A program made the position numbers and the translations under genes. Shown piece after piece: positions 50,840-61,401 of a DNA stretch of 64,000 nt. The notes below the pieces were generated by a model, which did not search any database, was not told the origin of the DNA, and saw nothing but the letters and a program-made list of their open reading frames with translations. Origin of the DNA: an uncultured Pseudomonadota bacterium. GTDB lineage: Bacteria > Myxococcota_A > Polyangia > Fen-1088. Location of the stretch: positions 224,001 through 288,000 of the forward strand of contig CAWKBC010000021.1 in assembly GCA_963847705.1 (NCBI GenBank). Direction: 5' to 3'. The first letter of the stretch is position 1. Each line of letters opens with the position of its first letter.

Positions 50840-51675
50840 CGCGGCTCCTGGTCGTCTTCGCGCCGCAGCGTCGACTCTCGGCGCCACAGCAGGCCCAGGC
50901 AGATGCCGACCGTGAGCAACACGAGCAGGCCGCCGCCTTTCAGCAAGCCGACCACATAGATCCCGTACCGGCGCGCGCTCGGGTCGTAGCGGAAGCAGGT
51001 CAGAAGGACGCGCTCGACGAGGCCTCCGACCTTGCCGTGTCCCGCTTCGGTCAGGGCCAGCCGCAGATCGAACGGCCGAAAATCGACGCCGTAGACATAG
51101 CGTGCGAACCGCCCCTCCGGGGTCAGCACCACCGCGCCGGCCGCGTGCGCAAATTGATGACTGGTCGGATCGTAGACGTAGCGAAACCCCACGGCATTGG
51201 CCAGTGCGCGCGAGCCGCTCGCGCTCCCCACCAGAAAAGGCCAGCCCGCTTTCGCTTCCGGGTGGCCGAGCGCCTGGAGCACGTGCCCCTGCTTCAAGAG
51301 CGCCGCGGCGGGTGTGTCATCCGGGTCGATGCTGACGGTGAGCAGATCGGCCTGTCTGCCGGGCGTCCAGCCGATCTGGGCGAGCGCTTTGGCGAGCCCC
51401 CGCAGCACGAGATCGCACAGCATGGGGCAGCGGTAGTAGGCCAGCACCAGGACGATCGGACGGCCGTGATGCAAGTAATCTCCCAGGCGCACCGGCTGGC
51501 CGTCCTGGTTGCGAAACGTCAGGTCGGCCGGCACCAGGTCCCCCAGATGCTCGTCGATCCCGACGTTCATGGCCGCCGGCGGCAAGGGTCCCCGCAACGG
51601 CCCGCGGGCGGCCAGCGCCGGCGCCGCCATCAGCATCGACGCGGCCAACAGCGCGGGCTGCAGCCGGCGCCTCAT
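50836..51675 (-). CDS. SCO/SenC family copper chaperone
   Basis: YYRCPMLC, VSIDP.DT, FAHAA; ATGA coupling at both ends. Confidence 0.92.
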   Translation of the reverse strand: MRRRLQPALLAASMLMAAPALAARGPLRGPLPPAAMNVGIDEHLGDLVPADLTFRNQDGQPVRLGDYLHHGRPIVLVLAYYRCPMLCDLVLRGLAKALAQIGWTPGRQADLLTVSIDPDDTPAAALLKQGHVLQALGHPEAKAGWPFLVGSASGSRALANAVGFRYVYDPTSHQFAHAAGAVVLTPEGRFARYVYGVDFRPFDLRLALTEAGHGKVGGLVERVLLTCFRYDPSARRYGIYVVGLLKGGGLLVLLTVGICLGLLWRRESTLRREDDQEPR

Positions 51676-52055
51676 TGTTTGGCCCTCCCGCTTCGGGGCT
51701 CGGCGAGAACCAGGTCGATGCCCACCTCGATGGGGACCCGGACGAGCCCGCGGCCGCGATCGATCCACCCGTACTGTTCGAGCGTTCGGCTCTGCGCTTC
51801 GAGCGGCGTCGGTTGGGGAGCGGTGATCGTGAAGAGCTCTTGCCTGACCTGCCCCACCCGATGCGGCGGTGGGAGGGCGGCTTCGGGAAACTTCGACGAT
51901 GGGCGCAGCGCGTGCTCTTGCGCGCGCAGGAAAAAATAGGCGATGAGGCAGAGACTGATCCCGACGATCACGGTGCCCGCGGCGATGCGCAAAAGGAGGG
52001 CGCGGGGCAGCTGATCCGGCTCCTGAAAGACGTCCTCGTGAACCGGGAAGTTCAT
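51672..52055 (-). CDS. ActG-like single-TM accessory subunit
   Basis: One TM, then LEQYGWIDRGRGLVRVPI; sits between actE and SCO. Confidence 0.7.
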   Translation of the reverse strand: MNFPVHEDVFQEPDQLPRALLLRIAAGTVIVGISLCLIAYFFLRAQEHALRPSSKFPEAALPPPHRVGQVRQELFTITAPQPTPLEAQSRTLEQYGWIDRGRGLVRVPIEVGIDLVLAEPRSGRAKQ

Positions 52056-52690
52056 GGCGCGTCTCCTGGCAGGGCGGCCATGGCGCGGGCGCGTTGAGCA
52101 GCCGACAAGTCCGACAGTCGGACCCGTTGACTGCGCTGCAGGGCACGCAGGTAGGCCACCACCGCCCATCGATCGGAGATGCTGAGGTGCATGTCGTACG
52201 CGGGCATCAGGCCGTACCCGACGCTCACCACCTGGAACACCCGCCCTGGCGGAAACGACACCACCGGTTCCTCGAGCAGTGACGGCGGGCGCCGAAGCGT
52301 CATGTTGCTGGCCACCATGCTGTCTCCGTTGCCGAGCGCGCCGTGGCAGGCGGCGCAGTAGATGTCGAAGCGGTCGTGGCCGCGGTCGAGGATCGCCCGG
52401 CTGAGGGCGATCGGGATCTCCTTCGTGTACGCGCCCGACGGCTGCACGCCCCGCGTGAGCGCTGGCTGCCCCAGCAGCTGGCTGCGCGGGACGGCTCCGA
52501 GCGGCGGCGGTCGCATCACCCGTCCGTCCTCGAACTGGACCGATCGGCCGAAGGGACGATAGCCGCGTTGGTGCTGCATCCGCTCGAGATCGGGCTCGGG
52601 CAACACCCCCTCGCAGCCGGCCGCCGCCGTCGCTGCCAGCCAGACCGCCAGCTGGGCCAGTTCGGCCCACCGTCGTCCGCGCGGCGTCAC
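52052..52690 (-). CDS. actE: ACIII monoheme cytochrome c lipoprotein ActE
   Basis: GTGA overlap with actD; lipobox AAGC; M..Q, RPPPLGAVPR, YCAACHG, GLMP, RWAVVAYLRALQ. Confidence 0.9.
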   Translation of the reverse strand: MTPRGRRWAELAQLAVWLAATAAAGCEGVLPEPDLERMQHQRGYRPFGRSVQFEDGRVMRPPPLGAVPRSQLLGQPALTRGVQPSGAYTKEIPIALSRAILDRGHDRFDIYCAACHGALGNGDSMVASNMTLRRPPSLLEEPVVSFPPGRVFQVVSVGYGLMPAYDMHLSISDRWAVVAYLRALQRSQRVRLSDLSAAQRARAMAALPGDAP

Positions 52691-53217
52691 GTCTCGGCCC
52701 CCACGTACTCCACGCGCGCGGCGCCGAGCTCGCGCAGCTCGCGTTCGGTCTGGTCCGGGTCGAACTTGTCGTCGCGCGCGTTCACCCCCACCCAGAACCC
52801 CGTGCTGGTGGCGCTCTCGAAACCCGGCGCTTTGAAAATGGGGTGACTCAGCCGGGGGAGGCGGCAGCTCCAGAAGAAGAGGACGAACCCGCCCACCGAC
52901 GTGAAGAGCACCATTGTCTCGAACGTGATGATGATGAAGGGGGGGATCGAAAAGGGGGGACGCCCGCCGACGTCGAGCGGATAGAGGTGGGCCACCGTGA
53001 ACCACTGGAGGAAGAACGCGAAGACCGCGCCGAACGTGCCCAGCGCACCGGCCATGAGGTTGAGCTTCGGACGGGGCAGATCCAGCGCCTGTTGGAGGCC
53101 GCGGACCGGAAAGGGCGTGAACGCGTCCATCTGACGGTACCCGCGCTCGCGCAGCACGCGGACGGTTGCCAGCAACCGATCCGGATCGTGGAACTCTGCG
53201 AGCACACCGAAGCGCAT
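52687..53217 (-). CDS. actD: ACIII subunit ActD (DUF3341)
   Basis: GVLAEF, DAFTPFPV.GL, YPLDVGGRP, ITFETMVL. Confidence 0.92.
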   Translation of the reverse strand: MRFGVLAEFHDPDRLLATVRVLRERGYRQMDAFTPFPVRGLQQALDLPRPKLNLMAGALGTFGAVFAFFLQWFTVAHLYPLDVGGRPPFSIPPFIIITFETMVLFTSVGGFVLFFWSCRLPRLSHPIFKAPGFESATSTGFWVGVNARDDKFDPDQTERELRELGAARVEYVGAET

Positions 53218-56184
53218 TCAGCCGCTCCCCTCGTCGGCGCCGGACCCGACGAGGTCGGGATTGGGATTTTCGATGCGCGCCAGGTAGATCGTGCGCGGCT
53301 GCGTTCCCTGGTCGTGTAGCACAGCGAAGCTTCGGTCCTGCTGCCGCCAGCGCACCATCGGCGTCTCGCGGTCGGTGAGCGATCCGAACTGGATCGCGCC
53401 GGTGGGGCAGGCCGCCTGGCAAGCGGTCACCACTTCGTCGGGCAGGATGTCGCGCTTGTCGATGCGAGAGCGGATGTCGGCCGCACGGATCCGCTGGACG
53501 CAGTAGGTGCACTTCTCCATCACGCCCCGCTCGCGGACCGTGACCTCGGGGTTGTAGTGCAGCTGCACGAGGCCCCGGTTGGCGCCGACCTCCTCGGAGA
53601 AGTCGAACCAGTTGAACCGTCGGACCTTGTACGGGCAGTTGTTGGAGCAGAAGCGGGTCCCGACGCAGCGGTTGTAGATCATCTCATTCAGCCCGTCCGG
53701 GCTGTGCACGGTGGCGTTGACCGGGCAGACGTATTCGCAGGGCGCCTTCTCGCAGTGCTGGCAGAGCATCGGCTGGTGCACCAGCCCGGGCTCGTCCGGG
53801 ATGCCGCTGTAGTAGGTGTCGATGCGGAGCCAGTGCATCTGGCGGTGGCGAAGCACGTTGTCCTTGCCGACGACGAGCAGGTTGTTCTCGGACTGACAGG
53901 CGACCATGCAGGCGCTACAGCCGACGCAGACGCTGAGGTCGATCGACATCGCCCATTGCGGACCGCGAAAATCGACCTCAGGCAAAATGGAATCGACCGG
54001 CCCCTTGTACTCGCGCGTGAAGCCCGGGTGCTGGCGGTATCCCTCCAACGTGTTCTTGAAAGCGATGGGACGCTCTTCCATCGAGAAATGGACCTGCGTC
54101 TGAGCCAGCAGGTGGGTGCCGTGAACCCGGCGGATCCCTTCCAGCGCCGCGTGATGCAGCGCCGCGCGCGTCCGCAACGGGTACGCGTTGAACCCGACGG
54201 CGGCCAGCTTCTCCGCCCCGGAGCGGCCGTACCCGAGCCAAACGGCCACCACGCCGTCCGCCAGCCCGGGCGCGACCAGCACCGGCGCCTTCGTGGTGGC
54301 GCCGCCGGCGCGCAGCTCGACGATGTCTTCGTCGGTCACGCCGAGGCGACGCGCGGTGGCCGCGCTCATCAGCGCGGCGTTGTCCCAGGTGAGCTTCGTG
54401 ATCGGCTCCGGTTGCTCGAGCAGCCAGGCGTTGTTGGCGAAGCGGCCGTCGTAGACGGTCGGTGACGGATAGAACTCGAGCGCGATCGCAGGATCTTCGG
54501 CCGCGGCGGGAGCGCGGAACCCCCGCACCAACCGCGCGACGGCTTCGGCGTCGGGCGTGACCGTAAGCCTGGCACCGGCGGTTCCGGCGATGAGGCCTTC
54601 CTGAATGGCGCAGCTCCAGGCGTCCTCGTCCAACCCGCCGGGGCCGATCCAATGACCGTGCAACAAACGGTACGCTTCGGGATCGGGCTCGCCGGCCAGG
54701 GCGGCCAGGATCTCGCTTTGCGTCTTGGCTCCCACCAGCGGTCGGATCAGCGGCTGGATCATCGAGACCGTCCCGTCGTAGGCGCGCGCATCGCCCCAAC
54801 TCTCGAGAAAGTGCGCAGTGGGGCCGAAGTCCGTGCAGCGATCGGCGGTCTCGTCCTCGAAGTAGCTGAACGCGAAGCTCTCGGGAACGCGCGACAGAGC
54901 ACCGGCGAAGTCGAGATCGGCGGGGGCCGCGTAGCAGGGGTTGGTGTCGAGCATCAGCAACGTCTCGAGGTGTCCACCGCGCATCTCCTCGACGAGCGTA
55001 TCGAACGGGATGAGGCCGGGATGGACGGACGGCACCGGCAGGACCGGCTCGGTGAAGAAGACGGTCTGTCCCAAATTGCCGAGGGCGGCATTCACGAGGT
55101 ACCCGAGCGCGTGAACGGCCGGCGGTTGCCGGTCGCCGACCACCACGACAGCTGCGCCGGGCCGGTTGGCCAGATCGCGCGCCACCTGCTTCACCCAGGC
55201 CTCCGCGGGGCCGCCCGGCGGTCCGGCGGCTCCGGCCGCGGCCCCCCGCACGACCGGTGGGACGGCGACCAGCGCGGCCGCGATCGCGAACGCCGTTTGA
55301 GGGATCTGGGAGACGGGGCGGCGCAAACGATGGTCGGCCATCGACCCGGTCACGCTGAGCAGGCTCTCGGCGATGTAAAGCCGGTTCATGTCGTCGGAAG
55401 GCGAGTCTTGCCGGCGGCGGTCGGACCACTGGCGCGCGTAGCGCACCGAGAAGGGGAGGCCGCAGAGAAAGTCGCAGTCGAGCGAAAGGATCGTCTTCGC
55501 CTTGCTGAAGTCGTACTGGGGCAGCAGCGGGCGGCCGAAGACGGCCCGCGTGGCCTCCAGGTGGTTGCGGGCTTCGAGGGGCGCGAAGAATGCGAACCGC
55601 GCCGCGGGGTAGCGCCCCCTCACGCGCGCGAGCAGATCGAGGAGCAGCGGCGAGGAGGTGGGCTCGAGCAAGACGCGCAGACCCGCGCCGCCGTCCGTGC
55701 GCGGACGCCAGAGCCGCCCGAACAGGTCTTCCCAAGAGACCGGCGCCTGCGCGTGGCGGGGGCTCCGCGCCCGCATGTCATCGTAGAGTTGCCGGACGGC
55801 CGCCTGCTGGAACATGTTGGTGCCGCCAAGGGTGGCGGGGTGCTGGAGGTTGGCTTCGATCTTCGTCGGCCGCCCCTCGTGACTCTCGACGAGGAGGCCG
55901 CTCGCGTACCCGTCCATGACCATCGACGTCGCGTAGAACGTGGCCTCGCTTGGCAGCACATGCGGGGGCTGTCTGGTGTAGGGGAGAATCTTGCGGGGCC
56001 GGTCGAGCGCGCACCCGCCGAGCCCCGCTAGGCTCAGCGTCGCGCCGGTGAGCTGCATGAAGAGACGACGGTCGATCTCCGGCCGTTCGAGCTCCGCATC
56101 CGAAAACTCGGAGGACGGTTCTTCCGCCGATCTCCGCGCGCCGCTGCGGATCTGATAGAGGGCCTCCATGGCGTGCGTCTTCAT
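53218..56184 (-). CDS. actB: ACIII subunit ActB (molybdopterin-oxidoreductase-like + Fe-S domain)
   Basis: Tat RRLF + LGGC; EGRPTKIE; CVGCSACMVAC, CQHCEKAPCEYVCP, CVGTRFCSNNCP, CTYC..CQAACP. Confidence 0.95.
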   Translation of the reverse strand: MKTHAMEALYQIRSGARRSAEEPSSEFSDAELERPEIDRRLFMQLTGATLSLAGLGGCALDRPRKILPYTRQPPHVLPSEATFYATSMVMDGYASGLLVESHEGRPTKIEANLQHPATLGGTNMFQQAAVRQLYDDMRARSPRHAQAPVSWEDLFGRLWRPRTDGGAGLRVLLEPTSSPLLLDLLARVRGRYPAARFAFFAPLEARNHLEATRAVFGRPLLPQYDFSKAKTILSLDCDFLCGLPFSVRYARQWSDRRRQDSPSDDMNRLYIAESLLSVTGSMADHRLRRPVSQIPQTAFAIAAALVAVPPVVRGAAAGAAGPPGGPAEAWVKQVARDLANRPGAAVVVVGDRQPPAVHALGYLVNAALGNLGQTVFFTEPVLPVPSVHPGLIPFDTLVEEMRGGHLETLLMLDTNPCYAAPADLDFAGALSRVPESFAFSYFEDETADRCTDFGPTAHFLESWGDARAYDGTVSMIQPLIRPLVGAKTQSEILAALAGEPDPEAYRLLHGHWIGPGGLDEDAWSCAIQEGLIAGTAGARLTVTPDAEAVARLVRGFRAPAAAEDPAIALEFYPSPTVYDGRFANNAWLLEQPEPITKLTWDNAALMSAATARRLGVTDEDIVELRAGGATTKAPVLVAPGLADGVVAVWLGYGRSGAEKLAAVGFNAYPLRTRAALHHAALEGIRRVHGTHLLAQTQVHFSMEERPIAFKNTLEGYRQHPGFTREYKGPVDSILPEVDFRGPQWAMSIDLSVCVGCSACMVACQSENNLLVVGKDNVLRHRQMHWLRIDTYYSGIPDEPGLVHQPMLCQHCEKAPCEYVCPVNATVHSPDGLNEMIYNRCVGTRFCSNNCPYKVRRFNWFDFSEEVGANRGLVQLHYNPEVTVRERGVMEKCTYCVQRIRAADIRSRIDKRDILPDEVVTACQAACPTGAIQFGSLTDRETPMVRWRQQDRSFAVLHDQGTQPRTIYLARIENPNPDLVGSGADEGSG

Positions 56185-56193
56185 GAACGGCGA

Positions 56194-56838
56194 TCAGCGG
56201 TGACACGTGGTGCAGGTCTGCAGGTGCTTGACAGGCTGGACGTGGCCAACGGGGTGCTTGGCGCCTCCGGGGAGCTTCTGGGGAAACTCGGCCGCGAGCA
56301 GGGGGGCGTTCGCATAGCGGTCGGGTTGTCGCGCGTGGCAGTCGAGACACCATCCCATCGTGAACATCCGCTCCTTGCGGTCGATCGGCATCGCCGCGAC
56401 GTCGCCGTGGCACTGCGCGCACGCGATGCCGTTCTTCACATGCACCGCGTGATTGAAGAACACGAAGTCCGGGACCAGATGGACCCGGTTCCAGGGAATA
56501 GGTTGTCCCGAGAAGTAGCTTCGCCGAACCGGCTCCAGCATCGGACTCTGATTCCAGATCTGGCTGTGGCACCCCATGCACACCTCGGTGGCCGGGACAC
56601 CGGCGTAGGCCGTGCGATCGGCGCCGTCATGGCAGTAGAGACACTGGATACCGTCGTCCTTGACGTGGTGCCGGTGATCGAACTGCACCGGCTGCATTAC
56701 GTCGAAGTCGCGATTCAGGTTGTACGGCGTACGGACATAGACCATCGGAACCACGAACACGCCCGGAATCGAAACGCCCAGGACTCCGATGGCAATTCGG
56801 AGCGCGGTGTCGGACCAAACGGGGAACAGCGCGGGCAC
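56194..56838 (-). CDS. actA: ACIII pentaheme cytochrome c ActA
   Basis: N-terminal TM; five CxxCH motifs (CLYCH, CMGCH, CAQCH, CLDCH, CTTCH); TMGWC. Confidence 0.95.
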   Translation of the reverse strand: MPALFPVWSDTALRIAIGVLGVSIPGVFVVPMVYVRTPYNLNRDFDVMQPVQFDHRHHVKDDGIQCLYCHDGADRTAYAGVPATEVCMGCHSQIWNQSPMLEPVRRSYFSGQPIPWNRVHLVPDFVFFNHAVHVKNGIACAQCHGDVAAMPIDRKERMFTMGWCLDCHARQPDRYANAPLLAAEFPQKLPGGAKHPVGHVQPVKHLQTCTTCHR

Positions 56839-56929
56839 GCGTCTGTGGTGGGGCCCCCTAGGGATCGGTCAATGGGATGCCTGACGGGGCTCCGGTTTTA
56901 CGAACTAGTCTGATGGGTGCTCGACCCGA

Positions 56930-57262
56930 TTGCGCCCGCAGTCTCCCGTCCCTAAATGGCGCTTTGTGATCTTGGTGATCAGCGCAGTCTGGGCGGCATT
57001 CATCTGGCCGCCCCTCGGCCTCGGCATGGGACTCGTCCTGGCGCTCGCATCGAAGGAGCGCGCGACTGCGTCGGCTGTCCTCTACCCGATCGCCGGCATG
57101 ATCGGCGCCTCCGCCGGCGGGCTACTCACGTACCTGTTCACCCACGAGCGGGCATTGCTGGGCGGCTTTTGGACCAGCATCATCACCAGCATGCTTGGAG
57201 GGATGGTCTTCTTGGGCCTTTGCAAGGCCTGGATCGAATCACGTCGGCCGAGAGCGACGTGA
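56930..57262 (+). CDS. Small hypothetical membrane protein
   Basis: Three to four hydrophobic spans; divergent from actA. Confidence 0.5.
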   Translation: MRPQSPVPKWRFVILVISAVWAAFIWPPLGLGMGLVLALASKERATASAVLYPIAGMIGASAGGLLTYLFTHERALLGGFWTSIITSMLGGMVFLGLCKAWIESRRPRAT

Positions 57263-57282
57263 TTCGTCCATCCGCGAAGGGT

Positions 57283-57849
57283 TTATCGATTGTTCTCATT
57301 CGTTCCGGACTTCGAACCCGAGTTCCCCGTCTCGGGTGTGCTTCCGGAGTGACCGTTGTCGCTGTTTCCGATCTTGTGAATCCTGCGGACCTGACCGCCG
57401 TTTGTGCTCGAGGTCGTGCCACCGGCCTGATTCGAAGCGTGGTTCTGTCCCGAGCCGCTCTGGCTCGCGGCATTCGTTCGTTGGCCGCCTTCGAACACCG
57501 CCGCAGCGAAATAGTCGAGCTGGACTATGTCACCCTTCTTGAGGGAATCGAAGCCGGGAGTGCCTGCGGAGATCGCGACCGTGCTCTCGGTGCCGTCGGG
57601 CGCACGTAGCATGAGGTTGCGATCCTTCTTGTTGACGCTCTCGACGGTAAAGGGGCCGCTGGTGGCCTCTTCCTCTGCGAAGCCGACGGGCGCCGTTTGT
57701 TGTCCTGCGGTCTGGGTTCCCGAGGCCTTGGACGGAGCCGCGGCCGAGGTTGACGGCTTTTGGCCGCCAGAATTGGACTCGGCCAGCGCCGCACCGCCAC
57801 CAACCGCCATCAGAAAGCTGACTGAAATTGCTCCGAGTGTCTTGCGCAT
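57283..57849 (-). CDS. Secreted hypothetical protein with small beta domain and low-complexity flanks
   Basis: AGGAGG RBS, signal peptide, TVESVNKKDRNLMLRAPDG...LKKGDIVQLDY. Confidence 0.72.
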   Translation of the reverse strand: MRKTLGAISVSFLMAVGGGAALAESNSGGQKPSTSAAAPSKASGTQTAGQQTAPVGFAEEEATSGPFTVESVNKKDRNLMLRAPDGTESTVAISAGTPGFDSLKKGDIVQLDYFAAAVFEGGQRTNAASQSGSGQNHASNQAGGTTSSTNGGQVRRIHKIGNSDNGHSGSTPETGNSGSKSGTNENNR

Positions 57850-58326
57850 CTCGCACCTCCTGTTTGGAATATGGCCGTCCTCGAGGATCCAACAAGTTGA
57901 TCCGGAGGCATTCCCACCTTGATCACGACCCTCGGGACGGTGTGTTGCTCACACCGCCCTCGTTGTGCGGCGAGCTGGCTGCCGGCTCGGGCGGAGATGG
58001 TCGAGCTTCGCGTTACCCGATTCGCAAAGAGTGGGACGCCACGGCTGCCGTGGTGGCCGGCGCCAATCGAGCAGGGGGGCGCCGAAGCGCTTCTTGCTCT
58101 TCAAGGAAGGACCGTCGCCGGGACGGTGCCGCCGGTGACGACACTGACTGTTGCTTGCGCCGGTGCGTTGCCAGTCCCCACCACCTAGGCGCCGCCGTCG
58201 AGGTGCAGTGACACCGTCTGCTGGTGGTTGCCGGTTCGCTGCCGGGCAGAGCGCGAAGTTCGCGCCGCAGGCACTGACCTACGGGGAGACGATGGCTATC
58301 TTTGTCCGCGCCCCGGGAGGGCGAAT

Positions 58327-58839
58327 ATGACAATCAAGATTCTAACGGTCGGTTTTTTGCAGGTGGTGGTGGGGGTCGGCGTTTCTCTGTGGTGCGCTCC
58401 GGGTGCGCGCGCCGCCGAGCCGCCCGATACGGCCACGGTTCTCGATAAGCTCCATCAATCGGATCAGAAGGAGATCGCCGCCGGGAAGGTGGCCAAAAAA
58501 AGCGGCACCTCCCGACAGGTGAAGGACTTCGGCAAGATGCTGGAGAAGGACCACAAAGCGGCTGACAAGAAGGTCGTGGCCTTGGCCAAGCAGGAGCAGA
58601 TCACCCTCACCAGCGCGGCGCCCGGCGACATGAGCAGCATGGCGTCCGAACCGACGTTCGACACCAAGTTTGCGCAGGAGATGATCGACGACCACAAGAA
58701 GGCCATTGCGGAGGTGACCGAGGCGCGCGACACGACAGCCGACCCGAAGCTCAAGAAGCTGTTGACGGAACTGCTCCCTACGCTGAAAAAGCACGAGGAG
58801 ACCGCGCAGAAGATCGTCGACACGGAGACGAAGAAATAG
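58327..58839 (+). CDS. DUF4142 domain protein (ferritin-like)
   Basis: EIAAGK.A, VKDFGKML..DH, FDTKFAQEMIDDH, LPTLKKH...A. Confidence 0.9.
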   Translation: MTIKILTVGFLQVVVGVGVSLWCAPGARAAEPPDTATVLDKLHQSDQKEIAAGKVAKKSGTSRQVKDFGKMLEKDHKAADKKVVALAKQEQITLTSAAPGDMSSMASEPTFDTKFAQEMIDDHKKAIAEVTEARDTTADPKLKKLLTELLPTLKKHEETAQKIVDTETKK

Positions 58840-59139
58840 TCGTTACCGGACGATGTGGTCGAGCCTGTGCTGACCTTGTACCTCAAATCATCGTCCCCAA
58901 GTTCGACACTCGAACATGGGTGCAGGCGTAATCAAGTCAGTGTTGCGCCTGTGGCTCCAGTTGTCGACTGTCCTGTGGGCCGCATCCAAGGTCACTGCCC
59001 GCAAGATCCTGGATGACCAGACAAAGAGACCGCATACCTAGCTGACGGACACAGAGGCGACGACGTTGTCATTCACTAAGCTGCGCCGACAAGGTGCGCG
59101 CGATGCCGTTGGCCCGAAGGTGGCACGGACCGATCGCGA

Positions 59140-61347
59140 ATGACGACGGCCCACAGCACGTTGATCGCACTGCGTCCGCGCGGCCAACACCACAGCATCA
59201 GCCGGGGTCGCACCGTATTGACGACCGCCCTCGACGGTTCCGTCCAGCCGCAGAGCAATCAGGGTCTGTGGATCTACCAGGCACGCGTGCTTTCGCGATA
59301 TCGCTGGCTGATCGGCGGTCGCGCGCCGACGTTCAGCGCGCTGTCGGCCGTCGAGCAGCATCGCGATCTTGCCTACTACATCTGTGCACCGTCCGAGTGT
59401 GGGGGCGACACCCCGAGCTGTGATCCTGCGCAGCAGTCCATCGAGCTCCGAGTCGCGCGCACGGTCGGTGAAGGGCTGCGCGAGGAGGTGACGCTCGTCA
59501 ACCACACTCAAATGCGGACCACGTTCGAGCTCGGGTTGGAGCTGGACTCGGACTTCGCCGACCCCGCCGAAGTGGACAGTCCGCGCCAGCAAGCCGGCGA
59601 TCTCTCCGTTCACTGTGATCCCCAGCGTCTAGCCAGCTTCTTGACCTTCGACTACCGCGCCCGACACCGGTACAGCCATCAAGGCGACACGGGTACTGCA
59701 TCCTTGTACCGCGCCATTCGCCTGGGGGTAACACACGATCAGGAGCCGCCTGCCTATCGCGGCGGATCCCTGCGCTTTCGGATTCACCTCGATCCGAGAG
59801 CGACCTGGCGCGCGACGTTGCTCTGGACGGCGCAGCTCGAAGGGCGAGACCTTCCCTTCTGGGACGGCGAGGCAGATCGCAAGCGCGACGCGTTCCGCGC
59901 TTCTTCGGCGTATTACGGATCGTCGTTTGACGCGACCGCGGCCACGCCGGTTCTGCAAGCTCTCGCGCGGGCGACCTCGGACCTGGCGGCGTTGCGGCTG
60001 CTCGATCTCGACGGTGAAGACGCCCTTGGACCGACCTGGATTCCGGCCGCCGGAATACCGATGTACTTAGGCCTCTTCGGGCGCGACATCCTCTTTTCGG
60101 CCCGTCAGGCCGCCTCCCTGGACGCGGTGTCGATGCGGGGCGCGCTCGCGACGCTCGCCGGGCACCTCGGAACGAAGGTCGACGACTGGCGCGACGAGCA
60201 ACCGGGACGGATGGTCCACGAGATGCACACGAACCCGCTTTCCGTGCTCGAATACGACCCGCACGGGCGCTACTTCGGGACGGTATCGGGCTCGCTCTTT
60301 TTCCCTTCGCTGGTGGCCGAGCTCTGGCGATGGACCGGAGACGAGGCGTTGATTCGCCCCTTGGTCGAGCCCGCGCTGCGCGGGTTGCGGTGGGCCGACA
60401 GCTGGAGCCGCGACGAGAGCGGATTTTACCGGTATCGGACCCGTTCGGAGCAGGGGGAGAAGAACCAGGGATGGAAGGACTCCGACGACGCCATCGTCCA
60501 TGCCGACGGTTCGCAGGTCTCCGCTCCCCTCGGGACCTGCGAGATGCAGGCCTACGCCTACGGCTCGAAGGTCGGCCTCGGCGAGGTTCTCGCCGCGCTC
60601 GGCGAAAAGGACGCGGCGGCGCGGCTGGCAGCGGAGGCGGCCGAGCTCAAGCGGCGCTTCAACGACGGTTTTTGGATGGAGGAAGAGGGCTGTCTGGCAA
60701 TGGGCATCGACGCTGGAAACCAGCCCATTCGCTCCATCGCCTCCGATCCGGCGCATTGTCTGCTCAACGGGATCGTCGACGATGCGTTGAGGAACAAGGT
60801 GGCGGCGCGCCTGATGAAGGACGACATGTTCTCGGGATGGGGTCTCCGCACGCTCTCCTCCGCGCATCCCGCTTACAATCCATTCTCGTATCACCGCGGG
60901 TCGGTCTGGCCAGTCGAGAGCGCGATGTTCGTCATGGCACTCGCCAAGTGCGGTCTCGAGAGTGACATGAACCGGCTGGCGAAAGCGATCTTCGAGGCGT
61001 CGGAGCTGTTTCAGTTCCATCGGCTCCCGGAGGTCTTTGGCGGCCACCAGCGCGACGAGGAGCATCCATTCCCGGGGCTCTATCCGAAGGCGAACTCCCC
61101 GCAGGCATGGTCGGCCTCTGCACCGTTCTTGATGATGCAGGCGATCTTGGGGATTGAGCCGGACGCTCCGCACGCGCGCCTGACCGTCGACCCCCATCTC
61201 CCCGACTGGCTGCCGGAGATTCGCGTTTGCCGTCTGCGGGTGGGGAAGGCCGTCGTCGACATCGCGTTCAGGCGCGAAGACGACGGAAGAACCTCGTTTG
61301 AAGTGCTCCGCCTCGAGGGAGCCCTGTCCGTGGTTCGGGCCGAGTAG
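59140..61347 (+). CDS. Glycogen debranching enzyme / amylo-alpha-1,6-glucosidase family
   Basis: AAGIP..LFGRD, EQPGRMVHE, NQGWKDS, GWGLRTL, YHRGSVWP, RLPEVF, PQAW. Confidence 0.92.
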   Translation: MTTAHSTLIALRPRGQHHSISRGRTVLTTALDGSVQPQSNQGLWIYQARVLSRYRWLIGGRAPTFSALSAVEQHRDLAYYICAPSECGGDTPSCDPAQQSIELRVARTVGEGLREEVTLVNHTQMRTTFELGLELDSDFADPAEVDSPRQQAGDLSVHCDPQRLASFLTFDYRARHRYSHQGDTGTASLYRAIRLGVTHDQEPPAYRGGSLRFRIHLDPRATWRATLLWTAQLEGRDLPFWDGEADRKRDAFRASSAYYGSSFDATAATPVLQALARATSDLAALRLLDLDGEDALGPTWIPAAGIPMYLGLFGRDILFSARQAASLDAVSMRGALATLAGHLGTKVDDWRDEQPGRMVHEMHTNPLSVLEYDPHGRYFGTVSGSLFFPSLVAELWRWTGDEALIRPLVEPALRGLRWADSWSRDESGFYRYRTRSEQGEKNQGWKDSDDAIVHADGSQVSAPLGTCEMQAYAYGSKVGLGEVLAALGEKDAAARLAAEAAELKRRFNDGFWMEEEGCLAMGIDAGNQPIRSIASDPAHCLLNGIVDDALRNKVAARLMKDDMFSGWGLRTLSSAHPAYNPFSYHRGSVWPVESAMFVMALAKCGLESDMNRLAKAIFEASELFQFHRLPEVFGGHQRDEEHPFPGLYPKANSPQAWSASAPFLMMQAILGIEPDAPHARLTVDPHLPDWLPEIRVCRLRVGKAVVDIAFRREDDGRTSFEVLRLEGALSVVRAE

Positions 61348-61401
61348 GCCCGTCTCAGCCGCCCCGCAAAATCATCGCCGCGAACCAGCAGGTAAAGGAC
61401 G

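Noticed and set aside
53218-56184. Stand-alone catalytic molybdoenzyme
   Set aside because: Context (actA, D, E, C, F) and the fused Fe-S domain identify ActB, whose molybdopterin-like domain is not known to bind the cofactor.
59121-59137. Sigma-54 promoter upstream of the debranching enzyme (TGGCACG)
   Set aside because: The -12 TTGC element is absent at the required spacing and the site is too close to the ATG.
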